From IMG/VR virus record IMGVR_UViG_3300030376_005322: a stretch of DNA of 64,000 bases; one strand, 5' to 3'. Made by a program: the position numbers and the translations under genes. Position 1 is the first letter of the stretch; each line of letters starts with the position of its first letter. Shown here piece by piece: positions 39,036-48,703 of the stretch. Origin of the DNA: an uncultured virus (IMG/VR IMGVR_UViG_3300030376_005322). Lineage: Duplodnaviria > Heunggongvirae > Uroviricota > Caudoviricetes. The notes beneath the pieces were generated by a model. It was given only the letters and a program-made list of their open reading frames with translations, made no database searches and was not told the DNA's origin.

Positions 39036-39830
39036 CTAAAAAGGCCGTGGCGTAGATTTACCTGACGACTGCGGCACTCCTATTGCTTTCTTACTACGTC
39101 CATTAACCCAATGCCAAACTTCAAGCAAAGAACAGAAAGTTCTCCACATTTCGCAGTCTTGGCTTTGCGACGCGTTTAGTTCAACAAACGACCATTCATC
39201 TGGTCGAAGCCAAAGAACACCAAACCGGTCGATACGAGGTATCTCCGATGTGGAGCCATCTGGATGTATTAAAGATTTACCGTTGGCGTAAGCCGCTAAT
39301 TGAAGCGCCACTTCTGGGTGGACCCCAGAGCGTGTGGTCTTAAAATCAATTAACCAATTTTCTCCAGAAATCTCTGTAATCGCATCGAATGATCCTGCGT
39401 ATCCAAGACCCATTGGCGATTCGCCATAAACGGTTTGTTCTAGTTCTAGCCATGTTGGTGAAAACCTCTCACAAAATTGATCGTAACCTGAAATAAATCC
39501 CTGTTGTTCCGTGGGGACATCAACTGTCTCACCCAAAGCCAACCTTTCAAGGGTGTCGTGAACATTTGAGCCCATATCGGCGGCATTGTCCCGATCCCTG
39601 TTGGGTGCTGCTTTTAAGAATTGTACTGCACCTTTTTCGCCTCGCTTATTAACTAAGGCAGGGATATCGGTAGACACTGCTTCTTCTGCAACAACCTTAG
39701 CGGCCCAGTATTGAAGAAAAGGTTTGGGTAATGTGCCAATGACACTTGTTACACCCGGAACCTCTTTTTTATCCCATACATAAAGGCGTGAATCGTCTTT
39801 ATGAATTGTTTTAATTTTTGGGGTAGTCAT
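39036..39830 (-). CDS. PD-(D/E)XK (RecB/Cas4-like) exonuclease
   Basis: 'PGVTSVI', 'G..VH', 'YAGSFD.....LIDFKT', 'LQLAAY'. Confidence 0.85.
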   Translation of the reverse strand: MTTPKIKTIHKDDSRLYVWDKKEVPGVTSVIGTLPKPFLQYWAAKVVAEEAVSTDIPALVNKRGEKGAVQFLKAAPNRDRDNAADMGSNVHDTLERLALGETVDVPTEQQGFISGYDQFCERFSPTWLELEQTVYGESPMGLGYAGSFDAITEISGENWLIDFKTTRSGVHPEVALQLAAYANGKSLIHPDGSTSEIPRIDRFGVLWLRPDEWSFVELNASQSQDCEMWRTFCSLLEVWHWVNGRSKKAIGVPQSSGKSTPRPF

Positions 39831-40402
39831 TATTTATCCTTCTTAAAAAAGAAACGTTTCTTTTTGCTGTCTTCGCTAGAGTCTTCAATCTCTGTGGAAA
39901 ATATTTCTTCCAAAATTGATACATCTTCGGAAATAAGATTCTTCGGGGTAGGGCCATCATGATCTCCCATACGGACAACTTTAACTTCTCCTGCAGAAAG
40001 AGATTCAAAAAAGGACTGCATGTCTCTCTGACTAAAAGTTACAGTTTCCATAATTTCAGTAATGTCTTCTTCTGTAATCATTTGCCGAAGAACAGAAATT
40101 ATTTCCTCCACAGGAACGCCGTTCTGTGCTGGTTCTGGCATGTCAATAGCAAGAAGATTATCTTCGTCGTCAATAAACGCCCAGATGCTAGAACCTTCTT
40201 CACCAAGTTCTACTGGTCTAGTGCAAAAAGCACCGATAGCCATGTGGGGATTCCATAGCGGAGAGGAGGTGACTGGCTTACCAGTGTCTTGATCTTTCAT
40301 CAAAACGTGTGTTACTTGATAAGTCATAAAAAGAACCCTGCCTGCGTCACAAAAGATATTTACAGGTTCAGATTCTGGAATAGGTATGTTGTTTTCTGTC
40401 AT
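39830..40402 (-). CDS. hypothetical protein
   Basis: 190-aa acidic ORF coupled to exonuclease. Confidence 0.6.
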   Translation of the reverse strand: MTENNIPIPESEPVNIFCDAGRVLFMTYQVTHVLMKDQDTGKPVTSSPLWNPHMAIGAFCTRPVELGEEGSSIWAFIDDEDNLLAIDMPEPAQNGVPVEEIISVLRQMITEEDITEIMETVTFSQRDMQSFFESLSAGEVKVVRMGDHDGPTPKNLISEDVSILEEIFSTEIEDSSEDSKKKRFFFKKDK

Positions 40403-40500
40403 AGGTATTACTTTCTCTTAGATATAAGTGTTAGTGGTTCCAGAGGGATTCGATAACCGTCATCCCCCTGAAACCGTTAGAGATGATAGCCGATTATTTG

Positions 40501-40869
40501 TTACTTGTTTTTAAGTTTTTCTCTGCGTGCCTTATCGTAATGATAACGACACTTGAAGTGTGCTGTTGCTGATTTGCCGCAAGGCTCACCATCTACAAGA
40601 ACTGTGCAACGCTCTCTTTGTTTACGTTCATGGTGGGGGTCGCCATGAATATACATCCGTGCATAATGCTTCATGCATACATTCCTAGACGAAGCAGGTC
40701 GCTCACAGTAGAGACAAGTTCCTTGGGAGCCACCTTTCAGATAAGGGCGTACATCTTTTTCAGCATTAACTGAACCTGTAAGACGACGCCTTTGGTAATG
40801 AGCGTGACACAACTCGGCGTAAGCCGCATGGTTGTCACAATTATCTACTGTGCAAAATTCGTTTTTCAA
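40501..40869 (-). CDS. zinc-finger repeat protein (3x C-x4-C...C-x-x-HY)
   Basis: Three repeats like those N-terminal to actinophage HNH nucleases; no HNH domain here. Confidence 0.6.
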   Translation of the reverse strand: MKNEFCTVDNCDNHAAYAELCHAHYQRRRLTGSVNAEKDVRPYLKGGSQGTCLYCERPASSRNVCMKHYARMYIHGDPHHERKQRERCTVLVDGEPCGKSATAHFKCRYHYDKARREKLKNK

Positions 40870-41129
40870 TTTATTTCCTTATCATCAATTTCGTCGAGAC
40901 TGATGTGTGTCTCGATACATGCAGCCGCGAATTTGTCATGTCCTAATAGTTCATAAAGAGCAGCGTCAAGTTCCTGTAAAAGTTTTCCTGCTGTATCAGA
41001 ATCACAAGGAACCATAAAACCAAGTTGAATCCATTCAGCATTTTCAACCGCATAAGGATGTCGTGTTTTAACTTGCTTTATTAAGAATTTTCTTAAGGAG
41101 TCTTCGCCGGGTTTTTCTGGGTTTGCCAT
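40866..41129 (-). CDS. hypothetical protein
   Basis: 87-aa ORF with GAAAG RBS. Confidence 0.55.
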   Translation of the reverse strand: MANPEKPGEDSLRKFLIKQVKTRHPYAVENAEWIQLGFMVPCDSDTAGKLLQELDAALYELLGHDKFAAACIETHISLDEIDDKEIN

Positions 41130-41609
41130 TATGTCTTTGCTTTCTGTGTTAAGTGTTTTATAGAAGAACGGTGGAGGTATTTGTAAGCAAACAAACTAAG
41201 GAGGATGTAATGAACACACCCCCACCGTCCCTCTTATGCCGCAGAGAAAGGAAAGAATGACCGTGAAGTGATTCCTTCGTCTCGCTCATTTAATAATAGG
41301 GACACAAAACCTAAACCGCAACCTGTACATAGGTTTTTTTAGTTATTGTTCCATTCTTCATTACATAAGAAGTTGTAAATGATGTGGGTGGTGACAAAAA
41401 GGAACCTTTGGAATTCTGCTTCGTCGTCGGGGTTAGCGGTTCTTCTTTGCCATTCTTCCCGGAGGGTAACGAAGAAGTTGTCCCAGTCGTCTTCTTCTGT
41501 TCTATCCATTATTTGTTTTTAATTAGACCTGTTTGTTTAAGCATTGTTTCCACTATAAGAGCACCTACTCCGAAAAGTGTTCCAACCCAAATTACAGACA
41601 CAAGCCCTA

Positions 41610-41822
41610 TTACTGGCAACTTTCGCATTCTTCTGGGTTCTCCAAATCACATTCCGCTATTATTTCCTCATCGTTTTCAAAAGGGTTTAACGGCGGGTGT
41701 TCCCCCATACTCGTTTCCTTCATCTCCAACCAGACATCTAAGTAGTTGTTGAGCATTTTGTTTTCCATAGTGTCCTCACAGGTGTATTTTTGTTCACCTT
41801 CTATTGAACCACATGCTGTCAA
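41610..41822 (-). CDS. hypothetical protein
   Basis: C-terminal 'ECDLENPEECESCQ' motif. Confidence 0.5.
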   Translation of the reverse strand: MTACGSIEGEQKYTCEDTMENKMLNNYLDVWLEMKETSMGEHPPLNPFENDEEIIAECDLENPEECESCQ

Positions 41823-41823
41823 A

Positions 41824-42021
41824 TTAGGATGGTTTGTATTTTTTCTTCACATCCATGAGGCGTGGTCGAGGGTCTGTGTATTCCATGACGCTGGTGAATG
41901 CTTTACCTTTTAGGTCACCTTTGGTTACGTCTCGTTTGAACACGGTTAGTTTCCCGTGGGGTGTTTGGTAGATGTCCCAGTCTTCTGTGCTTTCGATTAA
42001 ATTACTCATTTTGCTCTTCAC
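41824..42021 (-). CDS. hypothetical protein
   Basis: 65-aa ORF. Confidence 0.5.
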   Translation of the reverse strand: MKSKMSNLIESTEDWDIYQTPHGKLTVFKRDVTKGDLKGKAFTSVMEYTDPRPRLMDVKKKYKPS

Positions 42022-42042
42022 CCGTTTTCTCGAAAAAATTTT

Positions 42043-42231
42043 TTATTTTGGGTCTTCGTACACTGCTTGTGTGAATCCTTCGCCTTTGTAGTGGGCGTTT
42101 ACTGGTTTGTATAGTCTTTGAGTTTTTTTGTGGCCTTTTGGGCAGGGGGTTTGGTTTTCTGGTTGGTGTATTGATCTTACGACTGTGAACGTTTTTTCAC
42201 AGGTTTTGCAGGTGTAGTCGTATTGGGGCAT
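42043..42231 (-). CDS. FmdB-family zinc-ribbon protein
   Basis: MPQYDYTCKTC...CP......R.Y......YKGEGF. Confidence 0.8.
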   Translation of the reverse strand: MPQYDYTCKTCEKTFTVVRSIHQPENQTPCPKGHKKTQRLYKPVNAHYKGEGFTQAVYEDPK

Positions 42232-42234
42232 GGG

Positions 42235-42957
42235 TTAAGCCCATTGTGGGTTTATGAGTCTGTCCCATGTTTGTTTGCCGACTACTCCGTCTTGGGTGAG
42301 CATTTCTACTCTTTGGAAGTTTTTGACTTGTTTGCGGGTTTTTTTGCCGAAGATTCCGTCTGCTGTGCCTACGTCGTATCCGTGGGTGTTTAAGCGTTGT
42401 TGAACTATTTTTACGGCTTGTCCTCTGGAGCGGTAGCGGACTGGGGTTTTGGCTACTTGTTTTCCGAGGGCTTCTATGTATTCGGCTATGGCTTTTAAGT
42501 CTGGTTTGGTTTCTTTTTTGATTTCGGCGGTTTCTTTTACTTCTGTTGTGTCGAACCAGCCTTGACTGTTTCTTGGTTGGTGATGCCACCATTCAGAAGC
42601 GACTGTGGGGTGCATTCCGTATTCTTTAGCGATGTTGTTTACTTCCCATGTGGTGATTCTTCCGGCGATTATGCGGAAATCTACGGCGTAGCAGTGTCCG
42701 TCGTCTTGTTCCATGTGCCATGATCCTCTCCAGAAGCCGTTAGGTCCGAAGCGTCGGTCTGGGTTGGCGGCGAGGTTCCCTCGGCCACTCTTATAAAGTT
42801 TATAAAAGTACTGTTGTTTGGCGTATGATCTGCACCCGGAAACTACTTGTACTTTCCCTTCGATGCGTGGATCGGCGAAAAATGCTTCGAGGCGTGCCAC
42901 GAACCTTGGGTGGAGGAGAGATAAATCAACTGAGGAAGATGTTACTGGAATGTTCAT
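42235..42957 (-). CDS. endolysin: peptidase M15 (VanY-like) plus peptidoglycan-binding domain
   Basis: SG.RS..KQ, SWH, AVD, EWWH catalytic motifs; C-terminal 'V..VQ..L...GY....ADGIFG..T...V..FQ....L..DGVVG..TW'. Confidence 0.9.
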   Translation of the reverse strand: MNIPVTSSSVDLSLLHPRFVARLEAFFADPRIEGKVQVVSGCRSYAKQQYFYKLYKSGRGNLAANPDRRFGPNGFWRGSWHMEQDDGHCYAVDFRIIAGRITTWEVNNIAKEYGMHPTVASEWWHHQPRNSQGWFDTTEVKETAEIKKETKPDLKAIAEYIEALGKQVAKTPVRYRSRGQAVKIVQQRLNTHGYDVGTADGIFGKKTRKQVKNFQRVEMLTQDGVVGKQTWDRLINPQWA

Positions 42958-42977
42958 AACTGGTATACTAGCACATC

Positions 42978-43382
42978 ATGTCAGATACTGGTGATTCTAA
43001 AAGAGTTGAAGTTTACAGGAACCTTAACTTCGGGTGTTTTAGTGTGCGTGCCCTAGGAGGGAAACACAAAGGACTCGTTATCGACCATGTAATTCAAATC
43101 ACGCTAGAAAACGCGTCGTTTGTTGTTCAGCCTGCAGGGAACCGTCGAGTCAAAGCCGAGAAAAGAAAAAACGTTCACGCTTTCGTCCGGGGTGAGAAAA
43201 GTGGAGGAGGGCAAATAACCAACCCTCTAACCATCGCCTACGACCCATACCAAAACGATTCGTTTGTAATTACAGGACCCGAAGGACACCCACGTGTAGG
43301 GGAACAAATAAAAGAAGCCCCCTACGTAAGAATGGTGTTCACCCTAGAAGGAAATTCCCTTATCCAAATACAAGACCTATAA
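42978..43382 (+). CDS. conserved phage hypothetical protein
   Basis: 'VYRNL....FSV....G.VI.H.......F.V..AG..RV..EKRKNVHAFVRG...YDPY'. Confidence 0.7.
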   Translation: MSDTGDSKRVEVYRNLNFGCFSVRALGGKHKGLVIDHVIQITLENASFVVQPAGNRRVKAEKRKNVHAFVRGEKSGGGQITNPLTIAYDPYQNDSFVITGPEGHPRVGEQIKEAPYVRMVFTLEGNSLIQIQDL

Positions 43383-43461
43383 AGTCAACTACAATACTAT
43401 GTCACTGTGAACCTACAACAAACAACACCGTCAACCACCTTATTACGTCACTGTGACACCC

Positions 43462-43530
43462 CAGCAGGTTCACAGCCTGAACCACCAGCAGGTTCAAGCC
43501 CTGACATGGCAGCAGGTTCAAGCCTTGAAC
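43462..43530 (+). repeat. three direct repeats CAGCAGGTTCA(A/C)...
   Basis: CAGCAGGTTCACAGCCTGAAC / CAGCAGGTTCAAGCCCTGAC / CAGCAGGTTCAAGCCTTGAAC. Confidence 0.75.
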
Positions 43531-43979
43531 TAGGAACCGTAATATAACCGTACTACAACCCAAATATAACCAAGCAAAAAATGAAACACCTAATCAAAAT
43601 CCTATTCACAGCAGTATTCGTGATATCCACCACACACGCAATCATGTACAAACAATGGTGGGCCTTCGGAATACTCGCACCAATAGCAGTAACCGTAGAA
43701 TGGAACAAAAGACTAAATAGGTAAACAAACAGTTGACCTATAAAAAGTATTACAAAAATGCCGGGACCGCTCAAAAGGGGGGGAGAGGGGGGGCCTCTCC
43801 GTTTCGTTCTCTCTTTTGTGCCCGATCTTATTAGAGCCATTTGCAGCCCTTCTAAGACGTCCCCGCGTGAATAAGGTACTTATACCCTACGACGCTAGCG
43901 CGGCACGCCTTAGGCGGCTTATATGAGTGCCCTAACGCGGAACGATCCCCGCCATAAGCGGGGACCGTTTGCGATCCGA

Positions 43980-44273
43980 TCAGATCAGATTAGGCAACCA
44001 TTCCCAAAATATCTCGCCACCTTGAGTTCTAAAGTACTGTTCAGAACCGACCAGAGCGTTAACGTGATGTGATGCATAATTGAATTGAATTGCGACCGTT
44101 AACTCGGTGCCGTCTTTATCTTCTAGCGTGATTGAGACGTAGTTACCTTTAGCCATAGTTACGTAACCGATTAGGTCGTACTGTCCGTACTCCCCGCCAC
44201 GTAGCCAGCCGATGCCCTGATCGCTTAAAGATTGGAGTTGGTTCCAATCTTCTATGAGAATTAAGTGTGACAT
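43980..44273 (-). CDS. hypothetical protein (cassette array)
   Basis: AGGAAG RBS, downstream hairpin at ~43943-43970. Confidence 0.65.
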   Translation of the reverse strand: MSHLILIEDWNQLQSLSDQGIGWLRGGEYGQYDLIGYVTMAKGNYVSITLEDKDGTELTVAIQFNYASHHVNALVGSEQYFRTQGGEIFWEWLPNLI

Positions 44274-44354
44274 TTGTTTCTTCTTCCTATTTGATTAAGT
44301 GTTTAATCTAAACACTGTCAAGAGTGGCGACGTTGCCGCCACTCAAGACGCTAC

Positions 44355-44618
44355 TTAGATTATTCCCACTATGAGCAACTCATGAGCGGCAGTAGCGTTG
44401 TCTGCGATCATAGTTGCACGGTTGGCCTTCATAGTGTTCTTGTGAGTCACTCCACATATTTGGTCGTTGCCATATTGGTTTACGATTGTGGTGTTCAAAA
44501 CTAATTTGCTGATACTGGTTACCGGTACACCGTTGTAGATATTTGTGACCTTCACGGTTTTGCGGATATCAGCCAAAACCTTTTTATCGGTGTTTGGTTG
44601 GTTGACTAGTTTGCTCAT
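44355..44618 (-). CDS. hypothetical protein (cassette array)
   Basis: Same AGGAAGAAGAAACAAATG leader as the neighbour; hairpin at 44321-44344. Confidence 0.65.
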   Translation of the reverse strand: MSKLVNQPNTDKKVLADIRKTVKVTNIYNGVPVTSISKLVLNTTIVNQYGNDQICGVTHKNTMKANRATMIADNATAAHELLIVGII

Positions 44619-44861
44619 TTGTTTCTTCTTCCTGTTGCTAAGAGTTTCTCAGCGACAAGGTATTCCTACCAGCATTAGCAACGACCATCAACTCGGGATT
44701 GACCTAACGACCTAAAAAACCCGACTTTGGCCCCTGTTTATATAGAAAAAAAATTTCTGGATTTCTTCTTTTTTAGCCTCTAAAAACACCTAAAAACTAT
44801 TTCTAAAGTCGCCGCGTGCAGCAAATGAGCGCGAGAGAAACCGCGCTATTTCTCAAGATCA

Positions 44862-44923
44862 GAGACCGAGACCGAGACCAACCGAGACCGAGACCGAGAC
44901 CGAGCGCGAGCGCGTGAGCGCGC
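44862..44923 (+). repeat. tandem GAGACC hexamers followed by GAGCGC repeats
   Basis: GAGACC x3, short interruption, GAGACC x3, then GAGCGCGAGCGCGTGAGCGCGC. Confidence 0.85.
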
Positions 44924-44926
44924 TAA

Positions 44927-45009
44927 GTTACCGAGCAGTAACAAATTGAGGGAGTTAGTGAAACAATTCACAATGTTAAGCGTGCCTAACATAGTGAAAC
45001 GTTTCACAA
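44927..45009. promoter_or_regulatory. cluster of palindromic operators (GTTAC-N6-GTAAC, two Rex-like, one IdeR-like)
   Basis: GTTACCGAGCAGTAAC; AGTGAAACAATTCACAA; TGTTAAGCGTGCCTAACA; AGTGAAACGTTTCACAA. Confidence 0.6.
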
Positions 45010-45357
45010 TGTATTTTGAGCGTCGAGACGCCTCCCGGGATGCAGCGTTTCAGATGCAGCGGCGCGTGAATTTTCAAGTGTCAATCTGGGATGCAGCCCT
45101 CGATTAAAATTCAAGTGTGAATGTGGCCCGGCAGGGCCCGGTGCATACACGCAGGTGTGAATCTCAGGCGTGAATCTTGGGAGGTCGAAGTCTAATGAAT
45201 GTTGAATGTCGATGCGGGGCCCGGTGTTCCGGCCTCCGGTCAGCCTTCTCCTATCCGTATATATATACTATACCAGACCTGAGAAAAAAAAGCAACCCCT
45301 AAATAAAAAAAAATAAAAAAAAATCGGGCCACCGTAGCGACCCGATTTTTTAATTCC

Positions 45358-45609
45358 TCAGACGAGGGCGATCCACCGGTGATACCAGCGGTTCGTATCC
45401 CAGCGGATACTTCCCACCTCGATCATCAGCACGAGGGCCTCACGGAAGTCCTTCTCGCTGAAGTGACGGAGAGGGTGAGATTCGATCTCATACTCCACTT
45501 CTGCTCTCAGGTCCTCCGTTGGGAGATCGAAGTCGTCGCCTTGTTCGATCTGCCTCGCACGACAGGTGTTGAGTATATGGAACTCATAATTCTTATGAGT
45601 GGTTCTCAT
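45358..45609 (-). CDS. hypothetical protein (cassette array)
   Basis: AAGGAGGT RBS, own promoter (GAGGTTG...TATTAT), terminator 45320-45351. Confidence 0.7.
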   Translation of the reverse strand: MRTTHKNYEFHILNTCRARQIEQGDDFDLPTEDLRAEVEYEIESHPLRHFSEKDFREALVLMIEVGSIRWDTNRWYHRWIALV

Positions 45610-45778
45610 GTTCTACCTCCTTAGTAGCACCCTTTAATAATACCTTGACATGAAAGAAACAACAACCTCGAAAGCAATATTTCTTAAATAAATATTTCTG
45701 AAATAATTTAGTTTTGAGGTTGGTGTTGGCGTGTGCACAAAGTACAATAGATAAGGTAAACAACTACGAAAGGAAACC

Positions 45779-45943
45779 ATGCCAGACTTCAACCACACCG
45801 AGGAAGAACTTCAACTCTTCACTCATGAGGAACTTGTTGAGATAATTCTCTTCAACCAAATGATTCGACTTAGGAGAAGAAGGAATGAGGAAGACCTTCA
45901 CACTCGGATCAGAGACCTAACCAATCTGCTACTCGCAGACTGA
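45779..45943 (+). CDS. 54-aa protein (not in ORF track)
   Basis: MPDFNHTEEELQLFTHEELVEII...; GAAAGG RBS, GAGGTTG-20nt-TACAAT promoter, hairpin at 45950-45980. Confidence 0.7.
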   Translation: MPDFNHTEEELQLFTHEELVEIILFNQMIRLRRRRNEEDLHTRIRDLTNLLLAD

Positions 45944-46049
45944 TCAAACCGGGAAGGGGGGCGAAAGTCCCCCAACCCGATGATGCGGGGCCTCCGGTCC
46001 TCCGGGCCAGTACGCGCAAATGTGGGGGCTCTCACCCCCACGCTCAACT

Positions 46050-46193
46050 TTAGAAAGTTCCGTTCACCATGTCTTCGATGTTCTTGGCAACCTTACTTTT
46101 GTTACGGCGTCGGTCTGCCTTGTTGTTTACTTTGCGCTCTGCTTTGGTAATCCAGTAGTTCGCTCGGTTGGTGTTGTTTGTTCCTGCTTGCAT
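46050..46193 (-). CDS. 47-aa basic protein (not in ORF track)
   Basis: MQAGTNNTNRANYWITKAERK...; AAAGGAAG RBS, own promoter and hairpin. Confidence 0.65.
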   Translation of the reverse strand: MQAGTNNTNRANYWITKAERKVNNKADRRRNKSKVAKNIEDMVNGTF

Positions 46194-46365
46194 TGTTTCT
46201 TCCTTTGCTATTTGGTTATATATTAACTATACACTCTTAATTGACTAATACCAACCTCTAAATAAATAAATATTAAATAAATAATTAGTAAGAAATCTTT
46301 GTTTTGAGGTTGCGGTTAGTGTGGGTATAGAGTATAATGGTTATATACCAATAAGGAGGTGAGCA

Positions 46366-46653
46366 ATGAAACAGCAAGACTTAAGCGATCACGGTTTAGT
46401 TGAGACAGTCACAATGTCTGGAGACCTTAAACAGAATCCAGCGGCGACAGTCCACAGGATCGTAACCGCTTGGCAAGCCAGCGAGCGAGTAATGTTTGAA
46501 GAGAAATTCTATTATGTGTTCTCTTACAACCGTTACGACACCGATGGCGAGACCTTCACCAGAAGGCAAAAATTGTCAAGACGGTTTACATCCTTAGGCG
46601 AGTGTAAAGAATCCCTCAGTGAAGAGTTCGAGGAATTCAAGCCACTATTCTAA
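46366..46653 (+). CDS. hypothetical protein (cassette array)
   Basis: TAAGGAGGTG RBS, GAGGTTG-20nt-TATAAT promoter, hairpin 46661-46688. Confidence 0.75.
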   Translation: MKQQDLSDHGLVETVTMSGDLKQNPAATVHRIVTAWQASERVMFEEKFYYVFSYNRYDTDGETFTRRQKLSRRFTSLGECKESLSEEFEEFKPLF

Positions 46654-46796
46654 ACGGTGAAGGTTGGGAGGTGAAAGCCTTCCAACCTGAATCCGTGCGG
46701 GGCCTCCGGTCCTCCGGCCGGGTACGCGCAAATATGGGGGGCCTTAACGCTTCACCCTCCCCCCCAAGCGGTTGGGGGGAAGGTGTTGCTATCGCG

Positions 46797-47060
46797 TTAT
46801 ACTATGTCGGTTTTTTTCCAACCGGTAGGGACTGATGATATTTTGAAATATCCTGTCGCCTTGTTTGTGATTGGGTTAAAAGCAAAACCCATTCCGCTCG
46901 AAATGACTGCGATCATATCGCCACCGTTATAAGTGAAGATGTCAGCCTTTCCTTCATTTTTCAAGAAGGCGATTCGCCATTTCCAGTTTTCCGCTTTCAT
47001 GTTGCAAGGGTTGTAGAGTCTTTCGACTGCTTCTTCCCCTGTTAGTGTTTCGTAGAGCAT
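46797..47060 (-). CDS. hypothetical protein (cassette array)
   Basis: AAAGGAGG RBS, promoter and hairpin. Confidence 0.7.
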   Translation of the reverse strand: MLYETLTGEEAVERLYNPCNMKAENWKWRIAFLKNEGKADIFTYNGGDMIAVISSGMGFAFNPITNKATGYFKISSVPTGWKKTDIV

Positions 47061-47180
47061 GTGCTCCTCCTTTGTTGTATATATTAACTATACACTAATA
47101 CCCAACATTTAGCAACCCCAAACTAAAATTATTTCAGAAATCTTTTAATCCAGATGCGGGGCGAGAAGGCGCGAGGACAC

Positions 47181-47194
47181 CGAACGTATGTTCG
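47181..47194. promoter_or_regulatory. SOS (LexA) box, Gram-positive type
   Basis: CGAACGTATGTTCG is an exact CGAAC-N4-GTTCG. Confidence 0.7.
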
Positions 47195-47267
47195 ATGCGG
47201 GGCCTCCGGTCCTCCGGCCGGGGGGCGCGAGAATTGGAGGGCTCTCGCCCTCCGCATCTCGTAAGCG

Positions 47268-47519
47268 CTATTTCTTCACTCTCGCTTGACCAGCGAACCG
47301 AGAGAGAACCTCTGCCTTCTTCGCTATCTCTCGGTCTTTGCGTATCGCTATGGCGTGAAGAGTTTTAATGTCTCGTTCTGCCTTTGCGAGGTCTAACCCT
47401 GATTGGATTAGTTCTTCCTTGAGAGAGTCGATCTCTTTGTAGAGGTCACCTCTTTCTTGAAGTGCTAAAAACGTTATGAGAACAAATCCCACTAACGCTA
47501 CTATTGTTAATGCTAACAT
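47268..47519 (-). CDS. membrane-anchored coiled-coil protein
   Basis: N-terminal TM followed by heptad pattern; GAAAGG RBS. Confidence 0.7.
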   Translation of the reverse strand: MLALTIVALVGFVLITFLALQERGDLYKEIDSLKEELIQSGLDLAKAERDIKTLHAIAIRKDREIAKKAEVLSRFAGQARVKK

Positions 47520-47653
47520 TTGATTTCCTTTCGTAGTTGCTTACCCTTTAATAATACCTTCATTTCAACTAGATACCAACCTCAAAACAAAGAAATCTTA
47601 GAAATATTTTAAGCCGGATGCGGGGGCTACCGAAGTGCGGGGGGCGTTGAGGT

Positions 47654-47687
47654 TTGTGAAAACTTTCACTAATCGAACAGACGTTCG
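47654..47687. promoter_or_regulatory. adjacent Rex-like and LexA boxes
   Basis: TTGTGAAAACTTTCACT then CGAACAGACGTTCG. Confidence 0.65.
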
Positions 47688-47814
47688 GTGCGGGGCTCCC
47701 GGTCCTCCGGCCGGGTTCGCGGGAATTTGGGGGGGATATCTTCCCCCCCTTTCATTTATTCCCTTCTCTGGTTTGGGGGATTCTGTTGCCACGCTCCCCC
47801 GAGCGCCGAGTCCA

Positions 47815-48228
47815 TCAGTCTTCTAAGACACCTAGTTCAAGCCCTGAACCGTCGCTATCTCCGATATTCTGAAGATAGTCAAGCGGATCAGTCGCACACC
47901 AGACCGTTGCCGCTCGTGGTACGTCTTTTGTACCGGTAGCGATACCGTCTCTATCAGCCTTGCGTATCCAAGAGATAATGTAAGTATCTGGTTTGGATAG
48001 TTTCGCAACATTGATAGCGATGTGGTTTGCAGGGTTCTTAGGGTTACCAGTGATAGCAACTACAGTCCTTTTATGTTGGACTGCTCGAAGTTTCGCAACT
48101 TCGGCGCGTTGTGTACCTTTGACGGCATCGCCTAAGAACTTCAACCAACTACTTCGCCGACCTGTCGGCCCCATAGGGCGACCTGTCTTTTTGTTGTTGG
48201 TGTTGTGTCCCACGCTAACAAGTTTCAA
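47815..48228 (-). CDS. hypothetical basic protein (cassette array)
   Basis: AAAGGAGGTG RBS before TTG start; own promoter. Confidence 0.7.
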   Translation of the reverse strand: MKLVSVGHNTNNKKTGRPMGPTGRRSSWLKFLGDAVKGTQRAEVAKLRAVQHKRTVVAITGNPKNPANHIAINVAKLSKPDTYIISWIRKADRDGIATGTKDVPRAATVWCATDPLDYLQNIGDSDGSGLELGVLED

Positions 48229-48343
48229 TTTTTCACCTCCTTTATTTGCTTACCCTATTTATTCTAGGCCGCTCACAGCCAATACCAACCTCAAAACTAA
48301 TAAATCTTAGAAATATCTAAGAAATATTTATGCCCTAAATAGG

Positions 48344-48412
48344 GGTACAGGTGTTCGATTAGTGAGCACTTAGTGAAACAATTCACAAACTACTTAGTGA
48401 AACATTTCACAA
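48344..48412. promoter_or_regulatory. degenerate LexA box plus two Rex-like boxes
   Basis: GGTACAGGTGTTCG; AGTGAAACAATTCACAA; AGTGAAACATTTCACAA. Confidence 0.6.
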
Positions 48413-48703
48413 AGTCAGATTTTGCGGGGGCGGGGGACCTCCGGTCTCCCGGGCTACATCGCGTGTGTGAATTTCGTGTGTGAATTTGGCTTCCGGTGCC
48501 TATACGCAGGTGTGAATTTGGGCTCCCGGCTTTCATCGATCCACTTCATAGGTGTGAATCTTGGCCCGGAGGGCCCCGGTGCCTATACGCAGGTGTGAAT
48601 TTTGACCTCGAACTTCTCCCCCCAACCACCTCTCTGGTTGGGGGAGTTTCTGTTGCCACGCTTTGCTATTAGTGCGCCGAGTCTGAGTCAGTAGTCCAAC
48701 GAA

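Noticed and set aside
40434..40476. tRNA-like sequence (TGGTTCC...TTCGA)
   Set aside because: It folds as a single hairpin with no cloverleaf; more likely a terminator.
42197..42592. 131-aa Arg/Gln-rich ORF overlapping the endolysin
   Set aside because: Explained by A/C-biased codon usage lacking stops in the shifted frame; no slippery site or start signal.
45982..47720. Twister ribozyme from the CCGGTCC motif
   Set aside because: The other conserved twister elements and pseudoknot pairings could not be found.
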